This document shows, in pieces, positions 38,029 to 58,618 of a stretch of DNA of 64,000 bases. Both the position numbers and the translations under genes were made by a program. Under the pieces are notes generated by a model, which saw nothing but the letters and a program-made list of their open reading frames with translations, had not been told where the DNA came from and made no database searches. Every line of letters starts with the position of its first letter. Position 1 is the stretch's first letter. The DNA lies in the NCBI GenBank assembly GCA_963751275.1, contig CAVVTZ010000009.1, forward strand, positions 664,848-728,847, in the 5' to 3' direction. The DNA comes from an uncultured Gemmatimonadaceae bacterium (lineage in GTDB: Bacteria > Gemmatimonadota > Gemmatimonadetes > Gemmatimonadales > Gemmatimonadaceae).

Positions 38029-39441
38029 ATGACCGACTTCCGTCTCTACAACACGCTCACGAGGCGCGTCGAGCCATTCGCGCCCGCCGATGGCAAGACG
38101 GTGCGCATGTACACCTGCGGCCCCACCGTCTACAACCCGGCGCACCTCGGCAATTTCCGCACGTTCCTCTTCGAGGATCTGCTGCGGCGCACGATCCGTC
38201 TGCGCGGCTGGGGCGTGATGCAGGTGATGAATCTCACCGATGTGGACGACAAGATCATCGCGCGCGCCAGCGAGCGCGGGCTCACGATCACGCAGGTGAC
38301 CGTGCCGCCCACGGAGACGTTCCACCGCGACCGCGAGTTCCTGCGCATCGAGAGCGCGGAGGTCTATCCGAAAGCCACCGAGCACATCCCCGAGATGATC
38401 GCGATGGTGCAGCGCCTCGAGGAGAAGGGACTCGCGTACAAGGCCGAAGATGGCTCGGTGTACTTCGCGATCGCGCGCTTCCCGGAGTACGGCCGGCTCT
38501 CGCGGCTCGACACGCGCGAGATCCGCGCGGGTGCGCGCGTGGCCGCCGATGATTACAACAAGGAGGACGTGCGCGACTTCGCGCTCTGGAAGGCCGCCAA
38601 GCCCGAGGATGAGAAGGCCGGCGCCGCGTGGGATTCGCCGTGGGGACGCGGGCGTCCCGGCTGGCATCTCGAATGCTCGGCGATGGCCAAGCGGTACCTG
38701 GGCGACACGCTGGACCTGCACGCCGGCGGCGTGGACCTGATCTTCCCGCATCACGAGGATGAGATCGCGCAGAGCGAGGGGGCGAACGGCGTGACGTTCG
38801 CGCGCTGCTGGTGCCATGGCGAGTTCCTGCTCACCGAGGGCGCGAAGATGGCGAAACGGGTGGGGAACGTCGCGACCGTGGAGGATCTGCGCGCGCGCGG
38901 GATCCCCGCGGCGGCGGCGCGCCATTTCATGTTCAACGTGCATTACCGGAAGCAGCTGAACCTGACCGACGAGGCGCTCGAGGCGAGCCTGGTGGCGGTG
39001 CGCCGTGTGGGGGAATTCGCGGCGCGGCTGGCGGCGGCGGATGGGGGGACGCCGGCGATGGTGAAGGCGGCGGACGAGCTGGAGACGAACGCGAGCGCCG
39101 CGCTGTTCGAGGACTTGAACGCGCCGGAGGCGTTGGGCGCGTTGTTCAAGTTCCTGAACCGGGTGAACGCGGAGCTGGACGCCGGCGGGAGCGACCAGGC
39201 CGGCCTGGAACGGGCGCGGGCGGCGTTCGCGAAGGTGAACGGCGTGCTGGACATCGTGCCCGAGGCGGCGAAGGTGGAGGGCGAGTTGGGGGCGTGGGTG
39301 GAGGGCCGTTTGGCGGCGCGGGCGGCGGCTCGGGCAGCGCGCGATTTCGCGACCGCGGACGCGGTGCGGAAGGAGCTCGAAGGGCGGGGGATCGCGATCG
39401 AGGACACGCCTCAGGGGACGCGGTGGAAGAAGCTGCGGTAG
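38029..39441 (+). CDS. cysS: Cysteine-tRNA ligase
   Basis: CGPTVY, HLGN, PGWHLEC, FPHHE, KMAK. Confidence 0.97.
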   Translation: MTDFRLYNTLTRRVEPFAPADGKTVRMYTCGPTVYNPAHLGNFRTFLFEDLLRRTIRLRGWGVMQVMNLTDVDDKIIARASERGLTITQVTVPPTETFHRDREFLRIESAEVYPKATEHIPEMIAMVQRLEEKGLAYKAEDGSVYFAIARFPEYGRLSRLDTREIRAGARVAADDYNKEDVRDFALWKAAKPEDEKAGAAWDSPWGRGRPGWHLECSAMAKRYLGDTLDLHAGGVDLIFPHHEDEIAQSEGANGVTFARCWCHGEFLLTEGAKMAKRVGNVATVEDLRARGIPAAAARHFMFNVHYRKQLNLTDEALEASLVAVRRVGEFAARLAAADGGTPAMVKAADELETNASAALFEDLNAPEALGALFKFLNRVNAELDAGGSDQAGLERARAAFAKVNGVLDIVPEAAKVEGELGAWVEGRLAARAAARAARDFATADAVRKELEGRGIAIEDTPQGTRWKKLR

Positions 39442-39465
39442 CGAGAGATAGGCCACTTCGCGGTC

Positions 39466-39494
39466 TTGACGGTTGCGCCGCGTCTGTTTAGTTT
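39466..39494 (+). promoter_or_regulatory. sigma70 promoter of the tRNA-tuf operon
   Basis: TTGACG-N17-TAGTTT upstream of tRNA-Thr. Confidence 0.65.
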
Positions 39495-39520
39495 GTGAGT
39501 CTCGCGCAAAACGGCCGTCT

Positions 39521-39593
39521 GCTGACGTAGCTCAATTGGCAGAGCACCTGATTTGTAATCAGGCGGTTGCGAGTTCGATTCTCGCCGTCAGCT
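39521..39593 (+). tRNA. tRNA-Thr(TGT)
   Basis: Cloverleaf; acceptor GCTGACG/CGTCAGC, anticodon arm CCTGA-TT-TGT-AA-TCAGG; CCA not encoded. Confidence 0.95.
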
Positions 39594-39650
39594 CTGGTGC
39601 AAGCTCGCGTCGCGTGGGGTGCGTCCGGCGGTCGGCCGATTGCGTAACTG

Positions 39651-39733
39651 GGTGGGGTACCCAAGCGGCCAACGGGAGCAGACTGTAAATCTGCCGGCTC
39701 ACGCCTTCGAAGGTTCGAATCCTTCCCCCACCA
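39651..39733 (+). tRNA. tRNA-Tyr(GTA)
   Basis: GCAGA-CT-GTA-AA-TCTGC, long variable arm, GGTTCGAATCC. Confidence 0.95.
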
Positions 39734-39799
39734 TTTCAGAGCGGGACCGGGCCGAAGTCGTGTCCCGGCAGGAGACGGTACTCGAAGTCGGCAACTCGT

Positions 39800-39872
39800 G
39801 CGGGAGTAGCTCAGTTGGTAGAGCGCAAGCCTTCCAAGCTTGATGTCGCGGGTTCGAGCCCCGTCTCCCGCT
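39800..39872 (+). tRNA. tRNA-Gly(TCC)
   Basis: CAAGC-CT-TCC-AA-GCTTG, acceptor GCGGGAG/CTCCCGC. Confidence 0.95.
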
Positions 39873-39910
39873 TGTGATCGCGCAGGGATGGCAGCTGAGC
39901 AGGTGAACGC

Positions 39911-39983
39911 GCTCGCGTAGCTCAGTCGGTAGAGCACACCCTTGGTAAGGGTGAGGTCATCGGTTCAATCCCGATCGCGAGCT
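39911..39983 (+). tRNA. tRNA-Thr(GGT)
   Basis: CACCC-TT-GGT-AA-GGGTG, acceptor GCTCGCG/CGCGAGC. Confidence 0.95.
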
Positions 39984-39992
39984 CTGTACGGC

Positions 39993-40059
39993 TCGGGATT
40001 TGGGATTCGGGATGCGGGACTGCCACGGCAGTTCGCGACTCCCGACTCCCGACTCCCGA
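39993..40059. repeat. Heptamer hairpin upstream of tuf
   Basis: CGGGATT-like units facing (GACTCCC)x3. Confidence 0.7.
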
Positions 40060-40092
40060 AGAAGACAAGGGACTTTCACTCACTAGGGATCA

Positions 40093-41288
<1,196 letters not shown>

Positions 41289-41292
41289 GTAC

Positions 41293-41344
41293 TCGGGAAT
41301 CGGGAGTCGGGAATCGCTGTCGATTCCCGACTCCCGACTCCCGA
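41293..41344. repeat. Heptamer hairpin downstream of tuf
   Basis: TCGGGAATCGGGAGTCGGGAATCG-CTGT-CGATTCCCGACTCCCGACTCCCGA. Confidence 0.8.
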
Positions 41345-41367
41345 AGCCTTTCATAAAGGATTGAACC

Positions 41368-41520
41368 ATGCCCCGCGAAAAGATCATTCTGGCCTGCAAC
41401 GACTGTAAGAACCGCAACTACTTCACCGACAAGAACCGCCGGACGCATCCGGAACGGGTCGAGTGGAAGAAGTATTGCCCGCGCTGCAACACGCACACGC
41501 TGCACAAGGAAACGAAGTGA
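41368..41520 (+). CDS. rpmG: 50S ribosomal protein L33 (Zn-binding form)
   Basis: Manual translation [18 protein letters not shown]...[17 protein letters not shown]. Confidence 0.95.
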   Translation: MPREKIILACNDCKNRNYFTDKNRRTHPERVEWKKYCPRCNTHTLHKETK

Positions 41521-41522
41521 GC

Positions 41523-41753
41523 ATGTCGACGAGCCTCACGGCCTTCACCACCGCGGTGAAGGGGACGCCCGAGTTCCTGCGCGAAGTGCGCAAGGAGCTC
41601 GAGAAGGTGACGTGGCCCGACCGGGAACAGCTCCGGCAGGCGACGATCACCATCATCGCGTTCGTGCTGCTCATCGGCGCGTTCATCGCGATCATGGATG
41701 TCACGCTGCAGGCGATCCTCGTGAAGGGCATTCCGAGTCTGTTCGGAGCATGA
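41523..41753 (+). CDS. secE: Preprotein translocase SecE
   Basis: ELEKVTWP motif plus one TM. Confidence 0.93.
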   Translation: MSTSLTAFTTAVKGTPEFLREVRKELEKVTWPDREQLRQATITIIAFVLLIGAFIAIMDVTLQAILVKGIPSLFGA

Positions 41754-42304
41754 ACACCGTGGAAGCTCACCGGTTCTACGCCATTCAGACCACGGCGGGG
41801 CACGAGAACAAAGTGCGCTCGCTCATCCAGCGGCGGATCGATGCGGATCCGCTCCCGCCGGAAGAGCGTCCCATCCGTCAGGCGCTCGTGCCGGTGCAGG
41901 AAGTGGTCGAGATCAAGAACGGCAAGAAGGTCACGGTCGAGCGCAAGATCTACCCGGGCTACGTGCTCGTGGAGATGATCGTGGACCAGGAAACGCTGCA
42001 CACGATCAACGGCATCCAGGGCGTGATCAAGTTCGTCGGCCAGGAACGCTTCCCCCAGGCGCTGCGCCCGGAAGAAGTGAACCGCCTGCTGGGCATCGCC
42101 GACGAGCAGGAACAGGAAGAGCCGCAGGAGGAGATCCCGTTCCTCGTGGGCCAGGCCGTGGCGATCACGGAAGGACCGTTCACGGACTTCAATGGTACGG
42201 TGGAAGAAGTGTTCCCGGACAAGGGGAAGGTCCGCGTCTCGGTTTCCCTGTTCGGAAGGCCGACCAGCGTTGAGTTGGATTATCTGCAGTTGAAGGGGCA
42301 TTAA
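41750..42304 (+). CDS. nusG: Transcription factor NusG
   Basis: GHENKV, YPGYVLV, KOW GPFTDF, LFGRPTSVEL. Confidence 0.96.
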   Translation: MNTVEAHRFYAIQTTAGHENKVRSLIQRRIDADPLPPEERPIRQALVPVQEVVEIKNGKKVTVERKIYPGYVLVEMIVDQETLHTINGIQGVIKFVGQERFPQALRPEEVNRLLGIADEQEQEEPQEEIPFLVGQAVAITEGPFTDFNGTVEEVFPDKGKVRVSVSLFGRPTSVELDYLQLKGH

Positions 42305-42310
42305 CCGCAA

Positions 42311-42359
42311 GTCGTTGGTCGTACGCGTTTAGAACTGCTAAACGCGTACGACTAACGAC
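42311..42359. repeat. 22-bp-stem hairpin between nusG and rplK
   Basis: GTCGTTGGTCGTACGCGTTTAG / CTAAACGCGTACGACTAACGAC, one G-U pair. Confidence 0.7.
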
Positions 42360-42482
42360 TGAGCTGTTGGACGTCGGGTACCACGACGACGATAAACGAA
42401 ACTGTGGGAGTTCACCGCGCGGCGGTGATCGAAGGGCGCTTTCGCGCCAGTTGGTCCGCCGCGGTAACGCTAGGGATGGAGC

Positions 42483-42908
42483 ATGGCAAAGAAGGCGACG
42501 GGCTTCGTCAAGCTGCAGGTCGTCGCCGGACGCGCGAATCCCGCGCCTCCGGTCGGCACCGCGCTGGGGCCCCACGGCATCAACATCATGGCGTTCTGCA
42601 AGGAGTTCAACGCCAGGACCCAGTCCCAGGATGGCATGATCCTCCCCGTGGAGGTCACCATCTTCTCGGACAAATCGTTCACGTTCATCCTCAAGACGCC
42701 GCCGGCGGCAGTGCTGCTCAAGAAGGAAGCCGGCATCGAGAAGGGCTCGGGCGTCCCCAACCGCAACAAGGTGGGCAAGGTCACCCGGGCGCAGGTGCGC
42801 AAGATCGCCGAGATCAAGCTGCCCGACCTCAACACGGACAACATCGATTCCGCCATGGCGATGATCGCCGGCGCGGCGCGCTCGATGGGGATCGAGGTGG
42901 AAGGCTAA
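42483..42908 (+). CDS. rplK: 50S ribosomal protein L11
   Basis: [24 protein letters not shown]. Confidence 0.97.
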   Translation: MAKKATGFVKLQVVAGRANPAPPVGTALGPHGINIMAFCKEFNARTQSQDGMILPVEVTIFSDKSFTFILKTPPAAVLLKKEAGIEKGSGVPNRNKVGKVTRAQVRKIAEIKLPDLNTDNIDSAMAMIAGAARSMGIEVEG

Positions 42909-43600
42909 TGGCGCACGCACACGGCAAGAAATACCGGAGCGCCGCCGCGAAGCGTGAGCTGCTGAAGGGCTACGCGCCCAAGGCCGCGATCGACCTCGTG
43001 AAGGGCGGCGCCTACGCGAAGTTCGATGAAACAGTGGAGATCGCCGTCCGCCTCGGCGTCGATCCGCGCCACGCCGATCAAGTCGTACGCGGCACGGTGG
43101 TCCTCCCCGCAGGCACCGGCAAGAAGGTGCGCGTGGCGGTGATCGCCGTCGGCGAGAAGGCGCGCGAAGCGGAGGCCGCGGGTGCGGACTTCGTGGGCGC
43201 CGAGCTGCTGCCGAAGATCAAGGAAGGCTGGATGGAATTCGACGTGCTCATCGCCACGCCCGACCAGATGGGCCAGGTCGGCCAGCTGGGACGCGTGCTC
43301 GGTCCCCGCGGGCTCATGCCGAACCCGAAGGCCGGCACGGTCACCATGGACGTGACGCGCGCGGTGCGCGAGGTGAAGGCGGGCAAGATCGAGTTCCGCG
43401 TGGACAAGAGCGGCAACGTGCATGCGCCGATCGGCAAGGTGTCGTTCAACGCCGAGGCGCTCACGGAGAATCTCACGGCGTTCATGGACCAGATCATGCG
43501 CGCGAAGCCGGCGGCGTCGAAAGGCGTGTACGTCCGGAACGTCGTCGTCTCGAGCACGATGGGACCCGGCGTCACGATCGACACCACTCCGTACCGGTAA
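42908..43600 (+). CDS. rplA: 50S ribosomal protein L1
   Basis: [24 protein letters not shown]. Confidence 0.97.
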   Translation: MAHAHGKKYRSAAAKRELLKGYAPKAAIDLVKGGAYAKFDETVEIAVRLGVDPRHADQVVRGTVVLPAGTGKKVRVAVIAVGEKAREAEAAGADFVGAELLPKIKEGWMEFDVLIATPDQMGQVGQLGRVLGPRGLMPNPKAGTVTMDVTRAVREVKAGKIEFRVDKSGNVHAPIGKVSFNAEALTENLTAFMDQIMRAKPAASKGVYVRNVVVSSTMGPGVTIDTTPYR

Positions 43601-43606
43601 CCGACC

Positions 43607-44125
43607 ATGAATCGCACGGAGAAAGAACAGCTCCAGTCCGAGCTGACCGAGAAGATCAAGGGCGCGAAGGCCTTCTACTATACTGATTTCACGGGCCTGA
43701 ACGTCAAATCCATGACCGATCTCCGCCGCCGGTTCCGCCGTGCGGGCGTCGAGTACGTCGTGATCAAGAACTCGCTGGCGCTGCGCTCGGTGAAGGAGAT
43801 CGGGCTCACGGCGCAGGCGCTGAAGGGTCCCACCGGCATCGTCATCGGGAAGGATCCGGTGGCCGCCGCGAAAGTGCTGGCCGATTTCGCGAAGGAGCAC
43901 GAGCAGCGTCCGTCGGTGAAGGGCGGCATGCTCGATGGCAAGCAGATCGGCGTCGCCGAAGTGAAGAAGCTCGCGACGCTCCCCTCGCGGGAGCAGATGC
44001 TCGCCGAGCTGGCCGCCGGATTGCAGTCGCCGCTGGCGGCGTTCGCGGGCGCGATGAACGGGATGCTGACGATGATGGTTGGTGCACTCGAGGCCCTGCG
44101 CACACAGCGCGAAGGCTCGAACTGA
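43607..44125 (+). CDS. rplJ: 50S ribosomal protein L10
   Basis: [19 protein letters not shown]. Confidence 0.95.
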   Translation: MNRTEKEQLQSELTEKIKGAKAFYYTDFTGLNVKSMTDLRRRFRRAGVEYVVIKNSLALRSVKEIGLTAQALKGPTGIVIGKDPVAAAKVLADFAKEHEQRPSVKGGMLDGKQIGVAEVKKLATLPSREQMLAELAAGLQSPLAAFAGAMNGMLTMMVGALEALRTQREGSN

Positions 44126-44194
44126 TTCCAGGCGGATCGCCTGAATTTTCCACGCCCCAGGACGACGCCTGGGCTACGCTCTAGGAGAACCACA

Positions 44195-44587
44195 ATGGCA
44201 CACACGAAGCTGAGCAACGACGAGATCCTCGAATCGATCGGTAACCTGTCGGTCTTCGAGCTCGCGGAGCTCATCGAGGCGTTCAAGACCAAGTTCAACG
44301 TGACGATCTCGGCCGCTCCGGCGGCCGCGGCGCCCGCCGCGGGTGGCGGTGCGGCGGCGGCGGCGAAGGAAGAGCAGACCGAGTTCGCGGTCATGCTGAA
44401 GGACGCCGGCGCGAAGAAGATCCAGGTCATCAAGGTCGTGCGCGAGCTCACCGGTCTCGGCCTGAAGGAAGCGAAGGACCTCGTGGACGGCGCCCCGAGC
44501 ACGGTGAAGGCCGCCGTGACGAAGGACGAAGCGGCCGCGATGAAGGCCAAGCTCGAGGAGCAGGGCGCGGCGGTCGAGGTCAAGTAA
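44195..44587 (+). CDS. rplL: 50S ribosomal protein L7/L12
   Basis: Ala-rich hinge, [23 protein letters not shown]. Confidence 0.97.
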   Translation: MAHTKLSNDEILESIGNLSVFELAELIEAFKTKFNVTISAAPAAAAPAAGGGAAAAAKEEQTEFAVMLKDAGAKKIQVIKVVRELTGLGLKEAKDLVDGAPSTVKAAVTKDEAAAMKAKLEEQGAAVEVK

Positions 44588-44598
44588 CGACCACGGGA

Positions 44599-44624
44599 CC
44601 CGGGCGGGAGATCCCCCGCCCGGG
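44599..44624 (+). terminator. Hairpin after rplL (terminator/attenuator-like)
   Basis: CCCGGGCGGG-N6-CCCGCCCGGG. Confidence 0.4.
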
Positions 44625-44806
44625 AACTGCCGTGAGGCCCGCCGGTTCCACCGGCACCGGCCTCCGGTCGACACTTGATCCCGGCTCGAATGGCTCGTCA
44701 CCACGTTCAGCGGCACACAATCAGTTCAGTCGGGCCCTCCACCCCGGTCTCGCGAAATCCTTCGCGGATCGGGGGAGGGGCTCTTTCGTCTGCGCGCGAG
44801 TAATCC

Positions 44807-49438
<4,632 letters not shown>

Positions 49439-49441
49439 ATC

Positions 49442-53762
<4,321 letters not shown>

Positions 53763-53781
53763 TTCAGCTCGCTTGAACGAC

Positions 53782-53814
53782 GAACGGCCCGCGGGGAAAA
53801 CCCGCGGGCCGTTC
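53782..53814 (+). terminator. Terminator-like hairpin after rpoC
   Basis: GAACGGCCCGCGGG-GAAAA-CCCGCGGGCCGTTC perfect 14-bp stem. Confidence 0.7.
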
Positions 53815-53836
53815 TGCATCTACCCACTACGAACGT

Positions 53837-54204
53837 CGAACGCCGTACTTGGTCCCCCGAACTCCGTGAGGCGCGAGGCGTGCGACGAACGGATTGTACG
53901 GCGTGAGGCGAACCCCGAACGCCGTGAGGCGAACCCCAAACTCCGTTATTGGTCCCCCGAACGCCGTGAGGCGCGAGGCGTGCGACGAACGGATTGTACG
54001 GCGTGAGGCGAACCCCGAACGCCGTGAGGCGAGACCCGACACCCGTGACTCGAAACCCGAACTCCGTGAGTCACTCACGGCGTTCGGGTCTCGTCTCGCG
54101 CCGTTCAATCCGTTCGTCGCACGCCTCACGCCTCACGGCGTTCGGGTCTCGTCTCGCGCCGTTCAATCCGTTCGTCGCACGCCTCACGCCTCACGGCGTT
54201 CGGG
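53837..54204. repeat. BIME-like mosaic repeat cluster
   Basis: Two ~90-bp direct copies at 100-bp period, two identical 58-bp inverted copies, shared core GAGGCGTGCGACGAACGGATTG. Confidence 0.9.
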
Positions 54205-54219
54205 TTACGACTAACGCCG

Positions 54220-56557
54220 TTATGGAGTTATCGCGTCCAGGATCAGGTGAATATCCGAATAATCCGCCGGTTTCACGAGATGGTGATTGAACCCTGCGTC
54301 TCTCGATATCCTGCTGTCATTCTCCTGGCCGTATCCCGTCACCGCCACGATGATCGTGCTCTTCAGCTCCGGCTGTTCGCGCAGCCGGCGCGCCACTTCG
54401 TGGCCGCTCATGCCGGGCAGTCCAATGTCCAGCAGCACCGCGTGCGGCCGGTAGGCGAGGGCGAGCTCGAGCGCGCTCGCGCCGTCATACGCGGTTCGCA
54501 CCTCGTGCCCCGATTCGCGCAGGATGATGGCGGTGCTCTCGGCCATATCCACGTCGTCGTCCACGACCAGCACGCGCACGCCGGCGCGCGCTGAATTCTC
54601 CGCGATCGCCACCGGCGCTTCGGGCATTCCCGCCGGCGGCCGCGCGGCGGGCAGGTGCACGATGAACTCGCTCCCCTCGCCCACGGTGCTGAAGGCCTCG
54701 ACGCTGCCGTCGTGCAGCTCCACCAACCGCTGCACCAGGCACAGTCCGATGCCCAGCCCGCCCTGCGACCGGTCGGGCAGGCGCTCGGCCTGCGTGAACA
54801 GATCGAAGATGCGCGGCAGCAGCTCCGGCGCGATGCCCACGCCCGTGTCGCGCACGCTGATCGTGCACATGTCCTTCTCGCGGCGCACCGTGAGCCACAC
54901 GCGGCCCCCTTCGTCGGTGTACTTCGCCGCGTTCGTGAGCAGGTTCACGAGCACCTGGCCCATGCGCGCCGGATCGGCCACCAGCCACACCGCGTCCGTG
55001 GGCATGTTCACGATGAACTGGTGCCGGCGGTTCTCCATGATGGGGCGCACCGTCTGCAGCGCGCCTTCCACGATGTCGATCAGCGGCACCAGCTCGCGCC
55101 GCAGGCGGATGCGCCCGGTGGTGATGCGCGAGACCTCGAGCAGGTCGTCCACCGAGATGCTTCAGGTCGCCCAGCTGCCGCTCGAGGATCGCGCGCGAGC
55201 GCTGCTGGAACCCGTTCTCGCTCATCTTCTGCAGCCGCAGCAGTTCCACCGCGTTGATCATACTCGCGAGCGGATTGCGCAGCTCGTGGCTCAGCATGGC
55301 GAGGAATTCGTCCTTCCGGCGGTGCAGGTCCGAGAGCTCGTCGCTCTGCGCCTGCAGCTTCCGCTCGAGGCGCGTGCGCTCGCTGATGTCGCGGATGTTG
55401 CACTGCGCCACGTGCCGCTGGTCCACGCGGTACACGTTGCTCACGAACTCGACGTCGATGCGCCGGCCATCGCGCGTCTCGAGCGGCAGGTGATCGTAGC
55501 GCACGTAGCCGTGCTGCTGCAGCTCCTTGAAGGCCGCTTCGTTCGCCGTCTTGTCGCCGAACAGCCCGATCTCCCAGAGCTGCTTGCCCACGAAGTCGCT
55601 GTGCGCGTAGCCGAGCAGGATGCTCATGAACGGGTTCGCGTCGATGATCGCGCCGCTGTTCGCGTCCAGGATCAGGATCCCGTCCTTGCCCGTCTCGAAG
55701 AGGCGGCGGTACTGCACCTCGGACTTCTGCACCACCGATTCCGCACGGCGCCGGTCGGTGATGTCCTCGATCGCGAGCAGGATCAGCTCGGGGCGGTGCT
55801 CCGACGGCGCGAGGCGCCGCGCGTTGAGCAGCATCACCTTCTCGCCGATGTTGAAGAAGTCGTGGCGCACTTCGTAGTCGTGGAACGACTGCTGCTGCGG
55901 CAGCACTTCCAGCAGGAGCGTGCGCAGGCGCGGAATGTCCCACTGCCGGCTGCCGAGGTCGAACACCTGGCGGCCGACGGTCTCCTCCTGGGAGACCTGG
56001 AAGGTCTCGAGGAAGGCGGTGTTCACCGCCTGCACCTTCAGGCTCCCGTCGAGCACGATGAACGGTTCCCGCAGCGTCGCGATGATGTTCTCGGCGTATT
56101 CCAGCGCATCCTGCGCGCGGAGTTCGGCGCGGCGGTGCTCGCTGATGTCGCGGAAGACGACCACGACGCCGGCGACGGCGCCGGCATCATCGCGGATCGG
56201 CGCGGCGGCCTCTTCGATCAGGCGCTCCGTGCCGTTCTTCGCCACGAGCAGCGTGAGCGCATCGGCGCCGTCGCGCGGCGTGCCGCGGGCGCGGCTGTCC
56301 ACGGGCTGGCGCGTCGTGCCATTGACGATGTTGAAGACCTTCTTGATCGGGAGGCCGAGGGCGTCGAGCTGCTCCCAGCCGGTGAGCGATTCCGCGATCG
56401 CGTTCAGGAAGGTGACGCGGCCGTCCAGGTTCGCGGTGATGACCCCCTCGCCAATGTTCGCGAGTGCGACGCGGATCCAGTCGGGGTGCGCGGTCTCGTG
56501 GGGCGGCACCGCGATCGCGGCGGACGAACCCTTCGTGCCTTTGACGGTCTTGGCCAT
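54220..56557 (-). CDS. Multi-PAS hybrid histidine kinase/response regulator (indel near 55155)
   Basis: Three PAS domains, SHELRNPL H-box, NAAKY, DTGVGI, GLGIGL, receiver LLDIGLP; GGAGG RBS. Confidence 0.92.
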
Positions 56558-56730
56558 GGCCCCTCCACTGCTCATCGAACGGGGTCCTGCAACAAAAAAA
56601 GGCGCACGGGATCCTTTTGCGATCCCATCACGCCTTCGACTCGAGAGCCGCTCGCCCCTCGTCAAGGTGGCCCGATAATCGAGCCTTCCATTTCCCTATC
56701 TTAATGCTACGCCCTGCTCATGTTAACGCA

Positions 56731-56920
56731 ACCCCGAACACCGTTATTCGAACCCCGAACACCGTATTTGGTCCCCCGAACTCCGCCATTGGCCATTGGC
56801 TTGTAGTCACTGCTATGGCGTCCTTGGCAACGCCGTCTACCATCACCGCCCGAGCCGTGACTACAAGCCAATGGCCAATGGCGGAGTTCGGGGGACCAAG
56901 TACGGAGTTCGGGGTGCCAC
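56731..56920. repeat. Long hairpin repeat element, family A copy 2
   Basis: 59-bp inverted repeat 56752-56810 / 56857-56915 (57/59). Confidence 0.9.
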
Positions 56921-56989
56921 TCTCGCCTGTAGCGAGCAGAGATTCCCGATTCCGGGACGTGTGGCTAGCTTGTAGAACGGAGGTGACCA

Positions 56990-57697
56990 ATGAGCGATCC
57001 AGTCGGTGACATGAAGATCGTCGTCCAGAAGAACGGCCCGTATGTCGTCACCGGCAGCGTCCCGTTGTCGCTGCAGATCATCGTGCCCAACGAGGAGGGC
57101 ATGAGCTGGCAGTGGAAGGACGGCCGCGAATTCCCGCTCAAGGCGAAGTACAGCCTCTGCCGCTGCGGCCACTCCAAGAACAAACCCTACTGCGACTCCA
57201 GTCATAAGACCATCGAGTGGGACGGCGCCGAGACCGCGGACCGTACGCCGATCACCGAGCGATCCGAGGTGACCGACGGCCCCGAGCTCAAGCTCGAGGA
57301 TGACGAGGAGCTGTGCGCCTTCGCGCGCTTCTGCGATCCGGGCGGCAAGATCTGGTCGCTCATGGAGAATTCGGACGATCCGAAAGTTCGCGACCTCGCG
57401 ATCCGCGAAGCGTTCCACTGTCCCTCCGGCCGCCTCGTCATGGTGGACAAGAAGAAGGACGAAGCGCTCGAGCCCGACCTGCCGCCGTCGATCGGCGTGG
57501 TCGAGGACCCGCAGCTCGGCGTGAGCGGCCCGCTCTGGGTGCGCGGCGGGATCCCGATCTTCTCGCAGGACGGCACGCCGTACGAGGTGCGCAATCGCGT
57601 GACGCTCTGCCGCTGCGGCGTCTCGGAGAACAAGCCGTTCTGCAATGGCAGCCACGCGAGCATGAAGTTCCACGATGGCATCAGCGCGCACGGTTAG
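56990..57697 (+). CDS. CDGSH iron-sulfur domain protein
   Basis: LCRCGHSKNKPYCDSSH and LCRCGVSENKPFCNGSH flanking CAFARFC...CPSG. Confidence 0.92.
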   Translation: MSDPVGDMKIVVQKNGPYVVTGSVPLSLQIIVPNEEGMSWQWKDGREFPLKAKYSLCRCGHSKNKPYCDSSHKTIEWDGAETADRTPITERSEVTDGPELKLEDDEELCAFARFCDPGGKIWSLMENSDDPKVRDLAIREAFHCPSGRLVMVDKKKDEALEPDLPPSIGVVEDPQLGVSGPLWVRGGIPIFSQDGTPYEVRNRVTLCRCGVSENKPFCNGSHASMKFHDGISAHG

Positions 57698-57709
57698 GCC
57701 GCCGCGCGC

Positions 57710-58147
57710 GTGACGTATACCGAGCCGCCCAGGGCGGACCTCTACGCGCTGCTCGACGGCGCGCACACGATCGCGATGGTGGGCGCGTCGTCGAATCCGG
57801 AGAAGGAATCGCATCTCATCTTCGCGCGCCTGCTGAAAGTCGGCTACCACGTGATCCCGGTGAACCCGCGCGAAACGGAAGTCCTCGGCCAGAAGGCGTA
57901 CGCCTCGCTCGAGGAGATCCCGGAGAAGGTGGACATCGTCGATGTCTTCCGGAAAGCCGAGGAGACCCCGGCGGTCGCCGAGAGCGCGGTGAAGATCGGC
58001 GCGAAGGCGCTCTGGCTGCAGCAGGGGATCGTGAACGACGAGGCCGCGCGCATCGCAAGCGAGGGCGGGCTCATCGTGGTGATGGACAAGTGCCTCGCCA
58101 CCGCGCACACACTGCTCGGCGTCCCGAAGCGCGCCCCGCAGGGCTGA
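57710..58147 (+). CDS. CoA-binding protein (YccU-like)
   Basis: IAMVGAS, VIPVNP, VDIVDVFR, LWLQQG, VVMDKC. Confidence 0.9.
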   Translation: MTYTEPPRADLYALLDGAHTIAMVGASSNPEKESHLIFARLLKVGYHVIPVNPRETEVLGQKAYASLEEIPEKVDIVDVFRKAEETPAVAESAVKIGAKALWLQQGIVNDEAARIASEGGLIVVMDKCLATAHTLLGVPKRAPQG

Positions 58148-58156
58148 GGAGCGTTC

Positions 58157-58618
58157 ATGGAGTGGTTCATCAAGGCGTTCATCCGCGCGAGCCTCATCTG
58201 GTTCACGCTCGGCATCGCGCTCGGCCTCGCGATGAGCGCGCGGCCGGAGTGGGTGGTGTACCGCCCCGCGCACGCGCACATGAACGTGGTGGGCTTCATC
58301 GTGATGATGGTGTTCGGCGTGGGATATCAGCTGCTGCCGAGGCTGTTCGGCGGACCACTCTGGAGCGCGAAGTTCGCGATCGCGCACTTGTGGCTCGCGA
58401 ACCTCGGTCTCGCTGGAATGGTGGCTGGCTTCATGCTGGCGCCGCACATCGGCGCGCCGGGTAACATGGTGACGACTATCGGCGGATCGCTCTACACGCT
58501 CGGCGCGCTGCTCTTCGTGATCAACATGTGGCAGACGTTCAACGGCGCTGACGCGCGCCACCGTCCGCTACCCGGCGCCGCGGCCCCGCCGCGCAAGCTG
58601 CCCACGCTGGGGGAATGA
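58157..58618 (+). CDS. Small 4-TM protein resembling a heme-copper oxidase subunit I segment
   Basis: PAHAHMNVVGF...GYQLLPR...AHLWLAN. Confidence 0.65.
   Translation: MEWFIKAFIRASLIWFTLGIALGLAMSARPEWVVYRPAHAHMNVVGFIVMMVFGVGYQLLPRLFGGPLWSAKFAIAHLWLANLGLAGMVAGFMLAPHIGAPGNMVTTIGGSLYTLGALLFVINMWQTFNGADARHRPLPGAAAPPRKLPTLGE

Noticed and set aside
39473..40092. ORFs over 39.5-40.0 kb
   Set aside because: The region is occupied by four tRNA genes
42401..42451. L1-binding leader (GTGGGAG...) before rplK
   Set aside because: Only a partial resemblance; needs a covariance-model search
53837..54204. CRISPR array
   Set aside because: No unique spacers, mixed orientations and no cas genes
53773..54290. 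Short ORFs across the repeat cluster
   Set aside because: Repetitive translations of palindromic DNA with no RBS
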